A stretch of 63,993 nt of DNA from Carcharhinus longimanus (taxonomy: Eukaryota), in assembly GCA_030264375.1 (NCBI GenBank), contig JASCQW010000105.1, forward strand, positions 39,835,414 to 39,899,406, in the 5' to 3' direction. This document shows, piece by piece, positions 13,249 to 25,770 of this stretch. Numbering within the stretch: the first letter of the stretch is position 1; each line of letters begins with the position of its first letter. The translations under genes were made by a program, and so were the position numbers. The notes below the pieces were generated by a model. It had not been told where the DNA came from, searched no databases, and worked only from the letters and a program-made list of their open reading frames with translations.

Positions 13249-16200
13249 GTGCATTGGAAAGTTAGTTGATCAAAGCTGAGCTAACCGTTTCATGTGTGTG
13301 CTTTGCAGCAATCTGTCTTTAGAGGCTGACCAGTGTGGGAGTCTGACTGTTTCTCTTCACTCCCTGTATTTCAGTAATACTCTGAAGCTAGTTCTTTTGC
13401 TGTATTGTCATGTTAACTGAGATGCAATAATTCACCTCTCTTCTCTGTGCCCAGTAATATAGCATGTGATGCAATAACCTACCAAGGGTATGTTTGACTT
13501 TTGCATAATAACATAAAATGGATGATATCAACACATCTACCCTAATTATCACTTCCGTTGACATGCATAATGCATGGAAGAATCAATATTGTTGTTGTTA
13601 CACCAGCACCTGAAGATTTATGCCCTAATGGGGGCTAAATTAACAATTGAATGTTCAGCATCATGGTCCCACCTGATGCCATAAAAACTAGAGTTCAGCA
13701 TGCATTAGTAATCATGGAGTAGAATCTGAAACAAATGTGACTTCCTTGTTCTTGCTTCTCAATAATCTGAACCGGTTCTAGTCAAGAACTTTAGAACATT
13801 TACACTGAGATTTCCAGCCTCTGCTGCACCATATAGCTCTAAAAATACTTCTAACATCTATTTTTCTTTAATTTGTTGTATGTAGATTTTCTATCTTGTG
13901 TATTCTTTCATCCGACTCATTTTGTAAACTGTTTACAATCTACTTTGTAAACTGCTGCCCTATAAATCTGCCACATACCACTAAAATCTTTCTCAGCTTC
14001 AAATCTTTTGGCAGTGCCTTTGTTAAACCATTATGACACTGTCTCTCAGGCTAACTTCTCCTTTGAATTTCTCTTTATCCTATTCTGAAGATGTGCATTG
14101 ACCCTATTAAATGCCCCCTTTGATAATCTTTAAGGGTAGAATTTTAAGAATGGTGAGCGATTGGCTGCTGACTCTCAAACTCCCACAGCCATTTAACGCT
14201 CAATTGAGTGTTGATTGGCAGTGGGTGGACTTCCGTCTGCCCTCAGTAGGAAGTCTCACCCGTGAGGATTGTCAGCCAATCAGATTGACCAACAGCTGTT
14301 CAACCCAGCCAGGCACAGCACAGCAGTGGTCAGATGCGGTATTGCGGTGCTCTGCTGAGGAATTAACTTTTCAGGACCTTTTGGAAAGGTAGGTCCCAGG
14401 GGGCAGGAAGGTAGATATTTCGGGGTGGGGAGGGGGGTGTTGTGACATCTCCTTCCTGCCCGAGATGGGGAAAAGAGCAGATGTCACTTTTCCATCCTAC
14501 CTGCGCCCATTCTCACCAACCTAAAAATTGAGGCTGGGCTACTTGAGCACCTTAATAGGTGAAATGGGCAGGTTCACTGCCTGAGACCCTGCCCATTCAA
14601 GCGTGAGATTGTGCTTGGGTTTGGGGANNNNNNNNNNNNNNNNNNNNNNNNNNNNNNNNNNNNNNNNNNNNNNNNNNNNNNNNNNNNNNNNNNNNNNNNN
14701 NNNNNNNNNNNNNNNNNNNNNNNNNNNTGGCTCCCCTGGGGGAATCACGTCCATTCAATTTTATGCACCCCACCTCTGATCCCACCTCGGGGAGGAGGCT
14801 GGTGAGAGTGTAACATTCTGTTCTGAATGTTAACTTTTCAATATACATCATGATATGTTCAGCTGAATATTGACATTGTAAATAACTGTTGTATTGATAT
14901 GCTCAGTAAAAACTTAATATGTTATGATCTTTGGCCAGATCACTGGGGGTAGATCCATTAAGGAACTTTTCCTTTAAAGTAGATAAAGGTTGAGATTCAA
15001 GACACCTGAGTTTGGAATAAAGCAACAAGATTCCACTAGTTTTGAACAAAACTAAAACTTCACCATACAATATCCTAAAGATAAAGCAATTTAAAATGTG
15101 TTTTTTACTCCAACGTTCAGGACAAGTGTGAGGTACATGTGAATTATCAGATGAACTGTGGTTGAACAAACCACATTGCAGAGTAAATAACAGATGCAAC
15201 CAAGACAGAGTCCAGGAATTTTTCAAGAACCCACACAGACATCAGTAAACACCAAATCAAACAATCTCATCGAAACTTCTCTTTCTGTCAAAGTTTTTCA
15301 ATCTCCATCTTTTGAAGATCCTGCCTGAGAATTCTCTCCAAATGTCTCCCCCATTCAGAAGGCTTTAAAAATGGTCCACCTCACAGAGTTTTAATTCCAA
15401 GATTTCCCCCCTGCCTGGCTTTCTGAGTACACGCAAACACTATTTGACATGCACACTTTCAAATCTATAGCCATGCCAAGCAAAGCACCACTGCTCCAAA
15501 GCGATGCCTTTGTCCCAATGGCCTTCTTTACCTAAAGTCTGTTACCCACAGCTCTTTCTTTAACTTAGCTGAGACCTGTTTGTGTCCCTGTGTCTGTGAG
15601 TGGCTGACTCCCCTGAAACTGACTGTCCTGAAACTGGTTGTTCATTGACCCTTGAACTGATCTGGGGACCTATCAAAACACTTCGAGGTCCCACCCTTGT
15701 TACTGGACAGAAGCTAATGCAAAGTGTGTCAGAACACCCTGTACCTTAAATATTGCAATCTCACAAACTTCTAATTTAGTATCCAGGGACACACAGGTCA
15801 ATGGACTTCATGGCAAATATTAGTAACCAAATTGAAAGAAAGGAAATATGTTTTTCTTTAAAAACGTAGTAAAATAATTCAGCAGCAAAGTGTCGAAGTT
15901 TACTGCTGTTAGATAGAAGTGATGTTGTAGTGACCAGCATTATCCAAGCTTATTGATAGCTTACTGATCTAACATTTCCACATATGTGGAAGACCATATT
16001 GTGTTTTGATAGGCACCAGTGATCCGGTATTACTGCAACCCTACAGCCTACAGTGTCTTAAATGTTAGATTTTCTTCACAGTAGTGACTAGTGCTGCAAT
16101 TTACGTAGTTATGATGGAAGATGCTGCTGCCTGCTGTTTTACTTGCAAATAGCAGTCCTCAATATTAATCATGCAGCACTGAAGCCGGGTAATGTCCTGT

Positions 16201-16609
16201 ATTTAAATCACTGTATAATTAACAATATCTGCTTGAGGGGAGCCTAAAAAAGACACATGTTGTTCTAAAATCCCTTCTGCATTGCAGAGTTCCTGTTATG
16301 TGTATGTGCAAATATTCTTCAATGATCTTGACCAACAGTCAGCTGCAAACATTTTACATAACAGAACCTTGCTTTGTCAATTTGTCAACATTTTCAAATG
16401 TGAATGAAACTTTTCACATAGCCTAAACTCAAATGGAATTTGATTGGGGTTGCTTTTCCAACATGTTTTTAGGCTGAAGTGGATTTTGGTATAAAACACC
16501 ACGGGCTGACAATCTTTAGTTCCCCAAAGCAGACACAATTGCAGCGGAAATTAACACCTTGAAGACCAGAGTAAATTTGCTCACCTACCTCATAAGAATG
16601 AATGAGACA

Positions 16610-18005
16610 AGTTGCTGGTGTCAAGATAGTAAGAATTATTTCATCCCTTTTTGGATGAAAGCTGTAATGAGGTCTGGAAATGAGTGGTTCTGGTGGAGCA
16701 CAATCTGGGCATCAGTGAACACAGTATTGTCGAGTGAGTGTTCTTCACAGTACTGTCAATAACACCTTTTAGATTACTTTGCTGATGATTGGGAATAGAC
16801 TAATCGGGGTGGCAAAGGATTAGATAAAATTTCTCACGCTTTTAGTGAACAGGATAAATCTAGGCAATTTTCCACTTTGCCGGGTAGATGCCAGTGTTGT
16901 AGCTGGACTGGAACAGCTTGGTTTGAGGCATGGTTAGCTCTGGAGCACAAGTTTTCAGCAGCACAGCTGGGATGTTGTTGGCACGTAGCCTTTGTTGTAT
17001 CCAGTAAAAGAGGGTTCAGTAGCGTTGTGTTTATATTACTGGTCTAGTAACCTAGTGGCCAAGACAAATGATCCAGAGACATGAGTTCAGATTTCAGCAT
17101 AGCAATTAGGGAGCTTAAATTCAGTGTATTAAATAAATCTGGCAAAAAAGCTAGCATCAGTAATGATGCATGTGAAATTATGGGTTTGTCATTAAAACCC
17201 ATCTAATTCACTTTAATATTCTTAATGTTTCATAATTGATCTCTGAAATTGACTTGCAAGTCTCTTGATTGTATTTAACTCCTACAAAAATTTCAAATAA
17301 GTATATAATCTGATGGACCACTTAGACACCAGAGAGGATGAAGGTGCACTTTGCCCAGTTGACCCTGCAAAGGCCCCATCATTACCATCTGGGACTTGTG
17401 CCAAAATTGGGAGCACTGTCCCATAGACTAATCAAGGAGCCAACTTAACATAAGGTACCCCTTAGAATTCTACATTTCAGTCAATATCCCAGGCCTCAAT
17501 GCCATCCCTGAGCATTTCCTGTCTAACCAGGTATAGGAGGGAGGGAGTCTGGCATTCCCCACTTGCCTGAATACAACGAGCTTCAACAACACTCAGAAAG
17601 CAAGAAACCATGTAGGACAAAGCAGCTGGCTTGATTTACACCCCATCCACCACCAGAGCACAGTGGTAGCAGATGTGCCATCTACAAGATGCATAGCAAC
17701 AACTTGGCAAGGCAGCGCCTTCCAAACCCACAGTCTCCCCTACCTAGAAGAACAAGGCTAGCAGATGCAAGGGAACACCACCACTTGGAAGATTCTTTCC
17801 AAGACTCAGAGTGTCCTGAGTTGGAACCATATCATTGTTCCTTCATCATTGTTTGATCAAAGTGCTAGAAGTCCCTACTTAATAGCACGATCCCTGTACC
17901 TACACCATAAGAACTGCAATAGTTCAAGAAGGCAGCTCACCTTCTCAAAGCCCGGTAGGAATGGGCAGCAAGTGCTGCGATGTCCATATTCCATGAACAA
18001 ATAAA
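16610..18005. mobile_element. Cluster of old LINE/SINE fragments
   Basis: Tail gcaatagttcaagaaggcagctcacc...cgatgtccatattccatgaacaaataaaaa is repeated at 7905-8018. Degenerate coding-like sequence. Confidence 0.6.
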
Positions 18006-18839
18006 AATTAAATGATCATGTCTGGTACTTGCACAAATTACCACTATTCATTGTTCACCTTAATGCTGAATGCTGCTAGACTATCACATACAGGAACATC
18101 ACAACCAATGCCAATTTTTGTCCTTACCGAATGTCCCTCGTGTGCATTTCAGTAGGAGCTGTTGGCTTGCAATTAGAAGCACTGATCATCCTGCCTGAAG
18201 CAGAGCGTTGCAGCTAATGTATGACCTGAAGATCAATCTGGGAACATTACTGGTCCATATGACGGAGATGTAGCTCGGATGGCCCATCACAGCCCATCAG
18301 TACTTCAGTCAACTCAGATCTGAGCCTGAGTGACTAAGTTTCAAAAATTTATTGGAAGTTTGTTTTCAGTATCACTTGGATAATGGCGTAGTTAGAACAA
18401 AGCTTCATTGCTGTAGCTATGGAAATAAATGCAGCCAATGTTGATGATCAGTCACTTCATTCTTTATGATTTAAAATCTGTCAACTTGCTGAGAGTGGTC
18501 ACAGGGTTGCTGTTTTAGAAAAACTCTCAGCAATGGTAAAAATTGCTGGACAGTCATCCATCCATATGGAGGTGCCATTGACAATTCTAGTGCGTTAGAA
18601 GCACATTGAGTGCAACAATGTAGAATGAGACAGTTCGTCACAGTAAAATGAGCTAGTGTGGAAATAAAGGATACTTGGCACAAACTATCTACCATAGGTT
18701 GGGACGCACCCAAGTATCGATTCCCAACTACACTGCTCGATATATTTATTTAACTATTTTAGGAAAGCACAATTATGAATCTTAGAAGTGAGCTTTTAAT
18801 TATTTTTGGAGACATTTTATATTATCCTTTCTCTATCTG

Positions 18840-19090
18840 TTAGCTGACCATGAGATCAAGCTCAATTCCAGGACTTGACATGCAATCTAGGCTGACATAC
18901 AGTATTTGGATAGTAGTGTTTAGTGTTAGTCCTTAAATTGGATGCTTATGTTTCCATTCTCTGCCTGAAGAGGAATAGGTTGTTTTTCCATTGTCCTTCC
19001 CATCACTCCTTCCTCAATGTCACTTGTGTCATTGTTTTTTGTAGGATCTTGTCAAGTACAAAGTGACATTTACCTCCATAAAAATTGACT
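18840..19090 (+). mobile_element. DeuSINE (SacSINE1-like) remnant; another fragment at 63635-63740
   Basis: tccaggacttga...aatctaggctgaca, tgaagagga...tgtcctt and tgtaggatcttg. The second copy has gtgctgcactg...ggatgagacattaaa. Match is to a recalled consensus. Confidence 0.55.
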
Positions 19091-19134
19091 TCGTTTTGAG
19101 GAAAATAGCATGAAATACATATTTTTAAAAAATA

Positions 19135-19419
19135 TTTATTAGTATCACACGTAGGCTTATAACACTGCAATGAAGTTACTGTGAAAATCTCCTAGTTGCT
19201 ATACTTCACTGCCTGTATGGGCACACTAAGGGAGAATGTAGCATGGCCAATGCAGTTAAACAGCATGCCTTTCGGACTGTGGGAGGAAACCAGAGCACCG
19301 GGAGGAAACTCATGCAGACTCTGGGAGAACATGTAGATTCTACACAGACCATGACCCAAGGCCAGAATTGAACCAGGTCCCTGGTGCTATGAGACAGCAG
19401 TGCTAACCACCGTGCCACC
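19135..19419 (-). mobile_element. V-SINE, alternative-tail subfamily
   Basis: Reverse complement of head ggtggcacggtggttagcactgctg. Tail acactgcaatgaagttactgtgaaaat is shared with 63348-63628. Confidence 0.9.
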
Positions 19420-19433
19420 TAAAGTTTATAACA

Positions 19434-19653
19434 GGAATTCTCCAATCTCGCCCACGTTGGGATTCTCCAGTCCCACTGCTATGAATGGAGATTTGGCTGA
19501 TAGCTAAACTCTCTGTTCTCGCTGGAGAATTCTGGCCTGTGTTAAAGGATATGTCACCATTGGCTATTCACACACCATTGCCACTGTCAGCCAAATCTCT
19601 GCTCACTGCAACAGGACTAGAGAATCCCAGTTGCAGGCAAAGTTAGAGAATCC
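19434..19653. repeat. Imperfect inverted repeat, about 70-bp arms (MITE-derived)
   Basis: tgggattctccagtcccactgctatgaatggagatttggctga pairs with tcagccaaatctctgctcactgcaacaggactagagaatccca. Confidence 0.75.
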
Positions 19654-21970
19654 AACCTCATTAAAAAAAAGTCAAATACAATTACAAAATGACCAACATT
19701 TTAACTTTCAGTTTGGATGTGAAATTTTAACTTTGTTTCTTTCTCCATAGGCCTGTTGAGTGTTTCTACACTTTGTTTATATTTCAGGTTTCCAGCATCC
19801 GCACTATTTTGCCATCACTTTTTATTTTGTTACCTTCTTTTCCATAAATTCACTAAAATTTTTAATGGAACCCTCTTTGCACAAAAAGAGTTCACTAAAC
19901 CAATTTTGATGAGGGAAAAGAACGAATGGTTAAATTCTATGACCCCTACCACCGGTGGTGGTACTTCTGGTTTCACCAGAGTCAGTGGAGTTTTGAACAG
20001 CTCGCCATGTTTTTCAGCCCCACCCCACCCAGAAAGAGCCATAAAATTCTGCCCTGTGTCACTTCTATCTTACTGATGTTATGTGCAACTGCCAATGTGA
20101 TGCATTTCAATCAAAGTTTAAAATGTTGACCTGAGTATTCTGTAAATACATGTGGAAAAAATTGTGAAGCACATAGTGGCAAATTACATCGGAAATACTG
20201 GATCACGAGCGCAAGAGATTTATGGCAGCAATTGAGTTTCTTGTTGCTGGAAATGCACGGTAATTGGCATTTGTATTTGGGACTTCTATTGCAAAATTGT
20301 TGTCCTCAACATATTTTGGTAACTGCAAAAAAGTGTCATTAGTGAGGTCATATCATTAACTTTACTGACTGCATCATAGAACGTGGTTGGAACAACTTTT
20401 CAAGCCCAAATGCATGGGAGAAAAGCTATCATCAGTAGCCTAACACACACAGGCCCAGATGCAGCATAATCACATCATGTTACTTAATTTCCTTAAAGTA
20501 TTCAAAAAGTCTGTTGAAATTATCAGAGTAAAATAATATTGATGTTCAATCTCAGTTCTTTGCAGTTCACTTTTTAATAAAAGACTCCTACGAAGACCAC
20601 TGTTGCAAAAGCATTATATATGTTGTAGAACTGAACTATGTTCACAGAAAGATCCCAGGTTTGCTCCCTGGTAGTGCTGAACTGATTGATTGCACCCAAG
20701 AAAGCAGGGCATAAAATTTTTTTAAATCACCACCTCAGAAGATGAGAATTAAAAGTAAAATCCTTTTTAGGAAACTGTTGTGTTCTTTGAGGGGGGGGGG
20801 CGGGGGGGGGGGTTGGTGGGGGGCGGCACTGGAGGGCACCAAGGTGAATCCTAGGCCTGTGCTGAATTTATGGTGCTTAGCCAAGTGACAGTAGTGTTGA
20901 TGCAGGTCCCGAGAGTGAGGATTGAACCTGATACCCTAGACTAAGAAGTATAAAAACTAATCAGATTTACCTTTCCCATTGCTCTAAAGGAATGCTGGTT
21001 GATGTGGGTAAATGTTGGTCCTTGGTATAAACTCTACAAAAAATCTGGCAGACCTATGATGGAAATTGCACAAGAAGTTGCTGAGTACTGTTTCTGAAAT
21101 ATCTGAGGGATATTGCATAAATCATGCCTGATAAAGCTTTCAGTGAACAATGCACTTAATTTCTCACAAAGTTGGCATTGCGCTCATCGTACTCTTTCAG
21201 TGTTATTTAACAATGTAAAATTAGAACAAATATGTTATAGGTCTGAAATGAGCATGTATAATTGGAGTGGAATTTTGGTTCAGCAGGTTTCTTTCTTTTG
21301 CCTTTGCATAGAGTGAGTACGACATTTAATGACTGCAGATGTGGCACTGAGTAGAAGTCCACAATTGTTTTGAATAATTTTGCAACAGGCAAAGACTTGT
21401 GGGAAAGCTATCTCATGCACTTACTTAAAATAAGTTAACGTGGTATTGATTATGAACTGCAACACTGATTTTTGTAGATCAAAGGGTCACTAATGATCAC
21501 TTGCCATATACAAATTAAAACTTGCTGCTGGTAACCAGCAATATTAATGATGTGGTCTGAGGACTGTGATCATTAGTATAGCAGCTTCATTTTGCTAACT
21601 TTAAATGTACAATAACCTACATTATTTATTGTTGATTATACTTTAAAGACACAAAGATGGAATACATGCTGTTTCAAACTGTCTACTAATCTGGACCATT
21701 ACAAACTATAATGTTTAACCCTGACTGACTAATATTTCTAACTTTAACTCTTAGAGTATGAAATTGGAAATGTAAATGAAATACAACTGTAACACGTAAT
21801 GATGTAAAATCTTGCAATACCTGTCCAAACGTATATAGATTTATCACAATCAAAATTGATTATATTATTTATGTAATAAGGGTATTTGATATAGATTTAT
21901 ATATTAATAACATTTTTTTTATTTAAAGAATAAAATCGTGGAGAAGGGAAGCACCAATCAAAAAGACGCC

Positions 21971-22056
21971 ATGCTGTCTGCAACCCCCGTGTATGGTAAC
22001 CTTCACAGCTGGATGAGTACAGATAGGGTCCGCATGTGTGGAATTAATGAAGATGG
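21971..22056 (+). CDS. BCOR: BCOR first coding exon (human exon 2 equivalent); exon starts at 21929 with 42 nt of 5' UTR
   Basis: Translates [28 protein letters not shown], near-identical to the vertebrate BCOR N-terminus (MLSATPLYGNVHSWM...RVRMCG). Kozak context GCC-ATG, acceptor tttttttatttaaAG ending 21928, donor GG|gtaaga, phase 2. Confidence 0.97.
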
Positions 22057-22564
22057 GTAAGACAAGTTACATTTTTGCTTGGCACTAAGAAAAACTACTT
22101 TTTGGCTCGGATTTTGCCGTTGTAATGATGGTAAATCTGTCCGCACTTGCCATCATTACTCTGTGAAACTGACAGTACCTTCTGGTGTCAGTACATGCAC
22201 AGTTAAACACATATATCCAGAAGTCGCTGTCAGTATTTCCATATTTCTCTACAGAGTATGCTAGTGGAAGTTCTCACAGAAAGAAATCAGCTAGAAATCA
22301 ATGATTTGACATGGACTTTCACTTATTACACTATTATTCTTGCTGTAAAAGCATTTGAAAATGTTACATCTTGTTGAATAAGGTGTAGCCTGGTTTATAA
22401 TGACATCCTAATTTATAATTCCAGCTGAGCAACCTCTCTGGCCCTGAAAAATTAATCCTTTTTGTGGAATGTCAAATTTCTCCATTTCATGCTAAAAATT
22501 CCATAGATATACTTTTCCTCTTTTATGTTTGATTTTTCGGCTTCTACCTTAATCCCATTTTGTG

Positions 22565-25500
22565 TAGGAACAGGAGTAGGCCCATCAAGCCTGCTCCACC
22601 ATTCAATTAGATCATGGCTGATTATCTACATCTACATCAACACCACTTTCCTGTGCTATGTCCGTAAGGCCATCATTCACAGGAGCAGAAGTAGGCCATT
22701 CACACCACTGAATCCACTCTGCCATTCAATGAGATCATAGTGATAGTCCTCCACCCTACTTTCTTACATTGTCCCCATAACCCTTGCTTTCCTCACTGAT
22801 TAAAAATCTGTCTATCTTAACCTTGAACGTAACACCCTCTGTGGTTAAAAAAAATTCCACAGATTCACAACACTCTGAAAGAAGAAATTCTTCCTACCTC
22901 TGTCTTGAATGGGCTATCTATTACTCAGATCCCTCGTGTGCTGTGGCTTCTTCCCTGCTGCCATCAGATTTTTAAATGGACCTACCTCGCATTAAATTGA
23001 TGTTTCTCTACCCCCTAGCTATGGCTGCAGTACTATATTCGGCACTCTGTTTCCTTCACTATGAAAAGTATGCTTTGTCTTTTTACAGTAAACCAATACA
23101 TGTGACAATAATAATTCAAATCAAATTTCTGCAGTCTTTCTCAATTTAAATAATATTCAATTCCTTTATTCTTCCCACCAAAATGCATAACTTCCCAATT
23201 TCCTACATTATGTTCCATCTGTCAAGTTTTTGCCCACATACCGAACCTGTCTATATCCCTCTGTAGGCTCTTTGTGTCATTCTCACCACTCGTTGTGAGG
23301 CCCTTTTGTTTCTATCCTTTGATGTCTCCAGAAATCTATCAGTTTTTGATTTGAACATACCAATGATTGAATTTCCAAAGGTTCACCATCTTCTGAGTGA
23401 AGAAATTCCTTCTCACCTCAGTCTTAAATGGCCTACCTCTGTTCCTAAGATTACGTCCCCTAGTATTAGACTCACCTGTCAGGGGAAACATCTTCATTTG
23501 ACACACCCTGCAAGAATTTTGTAAGCTTCAATTAGGTCACCCTTCCATTCTTCACAATTCTAAGTATGCAGACCTCAATCTCTCCTCATAAAACAATCCT
23601 GCCATCCCAGGGATTAACATGGTGAGCTTCTGTTGCGTTCTCTCTATGGCAAGTATATTCCTCCTTGGATAAAAAGACCAAAACTATACACAATATTCCA
23701 GGTGAAATCTCACCAAGGCTTTACCTAACTGTAGCAAGGCACCTTTACTCTCTACACAAATTGCAATAAAGGCCAACATACCATTTGTCTTCCTAATTGC
23801 TTGCTGCACCTGCATACTAACTTTTGGTGACTCGTGACCCAGGACATTCAGGTCCCTTTGGACACCTGCACTTCCCATTCTCTCACTATCTACAAATGAT
23901 TATATCTTCCTGTTTTTTTATACCAATAACTTCACATTCATTCACACTATATTCCATTTGCCATGTTCTAGCCCATTCACTTAACCTGTCCCAAGTCCTC
24001 CTTGCACACTCATCACAACTTGCATTCCCACCCAGTTTGGTGTCATCAGCAAATTTGGAAATATTACAATTAGCCCCCACTCCAAATAATTTGTACCGCT
24101 TGTGAACAGCTGTGAACCTAACATTTATCCTTGCAGGACCCCACTAGTAGCAGCCTGCCATCCTGAGAATAATCCATTTATTTATACTATCTGCTAACCA
24201 ATTCTCAATCCAAACTAGTATATTTCTCTGAATTCCCCATGCTATCATTTTATTTGTGAACATCCTGTGTGGAATATTATCAGAAGCCTTCTAAAAATCC
24301 AACTGCATCACATTCACTCGTTCTCCTTTATCAATGCTGCAAGTACAGATCTTTGAGTATTCTGAAAAAAGACATGTCAAAGTTTTTCATCTTGCACTCA
24401 TCAGGACACTACTGACATAAGAGGAAAACCACTATTTATTTATGTTTCAGGGCCCATGTAGATTGTATTCACATGGAAACCTGCCTAATCCCAACTCTCA
24501 TAAACATCTTTGTTGGGTTCCATGAGAAATATGTCTTTGATGGAATGACACACAGTCTCCTACCCCTTGCATATTTCTGATATGTGGATAACATTGTTAT
24601 ATTTAAATCTGCAGCAGCAGATCAATGTGTAATAATTTCCTTACATATCTTAATGGGCTCCATTCTGCATTCAAATTCATCTTTGAAATTGAGTAGGCAA
24701 ATTAAGTCCCTCTCCTTGATGTACTAGTTGAGAAATGTGTAAGGGTCTACAGCAAGCCACCTTCACCAGGCAATATATGCACTCGGACTCTAACAGTTTC
24801 ACACAGTACATTATTGCTCTTATTTGCAACCTTTTATGTAGGGCCCAAGCCGTTTGCTTACCATACAAGCTTGATGCTGAAATAGGGATTTCAAAGGCAT
24901 CCTGCAGGATGCTAGCTATCCTAATCAAATTTAGTTTGCACTGTATATCACACAAATTCATGTATGAGTCATAGGCCATCATTTTCAGCCCTGCAAAAGG
25001 GCCGGTCTACTTCAGATTACTCCAGAAGTATAAGGAATAAACAGTTGTCTTGCGAAGTGTCCTGATGAGTGCAAGGCAAAAAGTTTCAATGTGTCTTTTT
25101 TATGTTACAAATAATATCCTCAAAAAAACTCCAAGTTTGTCAAACATGATTTCCCTTTCATGTTCATATTGACTCTGCCCAATTTTAACATTCTTTCCTG
25201 TATGTCCAGTTATCGCATCCTTTATGATGGATTCAAACATTTTCCCTACTATTGATATCAAACAAACAAGTCTGTTGTTCTCCATTCTCCCCCTTCTTCC
25301 CTTCTTAAATTGAGGGGTTATATTTGCTACTCTTCAGTCTGTAGAATCTTTTCCAGAAACTATAGAATTTTAAAGGGTAACTATCGATGCATTGACTATT
25401 TCTCTAACCACCTGCTCCAACACTCGAGAATGAAGCTCATCTGGTCCAGGTGATTTATCAACCTACAACCCATTTAACTTTTCAAGTCCTACCTCTTTAC

Positions 25501-25770
25501 TAATAGTAGTTTCTTTTACTTCCTCAGTTTCGCAAGTCCTGTGATCACCTAGTATTTCAGGGAGATTTTCTGTATTCCTTGAAGACAGATGCAAAGTAAC
25601 TTTTTAGTTTCTCCACCATTTCCCTGTTGTCCACTTAAAATAGCCTGTCCATACCCTAAATGGGCCTGTGTTTGTCCTAATCTTTTCTGTTCGCATACCT
25701 AAAAGAGCTTTCACATTTTGTCTGTGTCCTCTCTAGTTTGCTTTCATATTCTCTTTTCCCTTTCCCAATC
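22565..25770 (-). mobile_element. Composite of old CR1 LINE copies with nested REX1 and Penelope insertions
   Basis: Peptides ISKFADDTKLGG...DRLSEWARTWQMEYSVNECEV, VQRDLNVLGHESPKVSMQVQQAIRKTNGMLAFI and RLVCLISIVGKMFESIIKD; several ggagtaggccattc tails. Confidence 0.88.
24367..25100 (+). mobile_element. Penelope-like element remnant with inverted termini carrying hammerhead cores
   Basis: 24367-24409 and 25057-25099 are inverted repeats. The internal peptide ATFTRQYMHSDS...LICNLLCRAQAVC..KLDAEI resembles the PLE RT thumb (KPTFTGQY...RA..IC...L..E). It interrupts a CR1 copy. Confidence 0.75.

Noticed and set aside
20790-20826. Poly-G runs (also 12975-12993) with G-quadruplex potential
   Set aside because: Low-complexity tracts in or near repeats with unreliable length and no supporting evidence of function.
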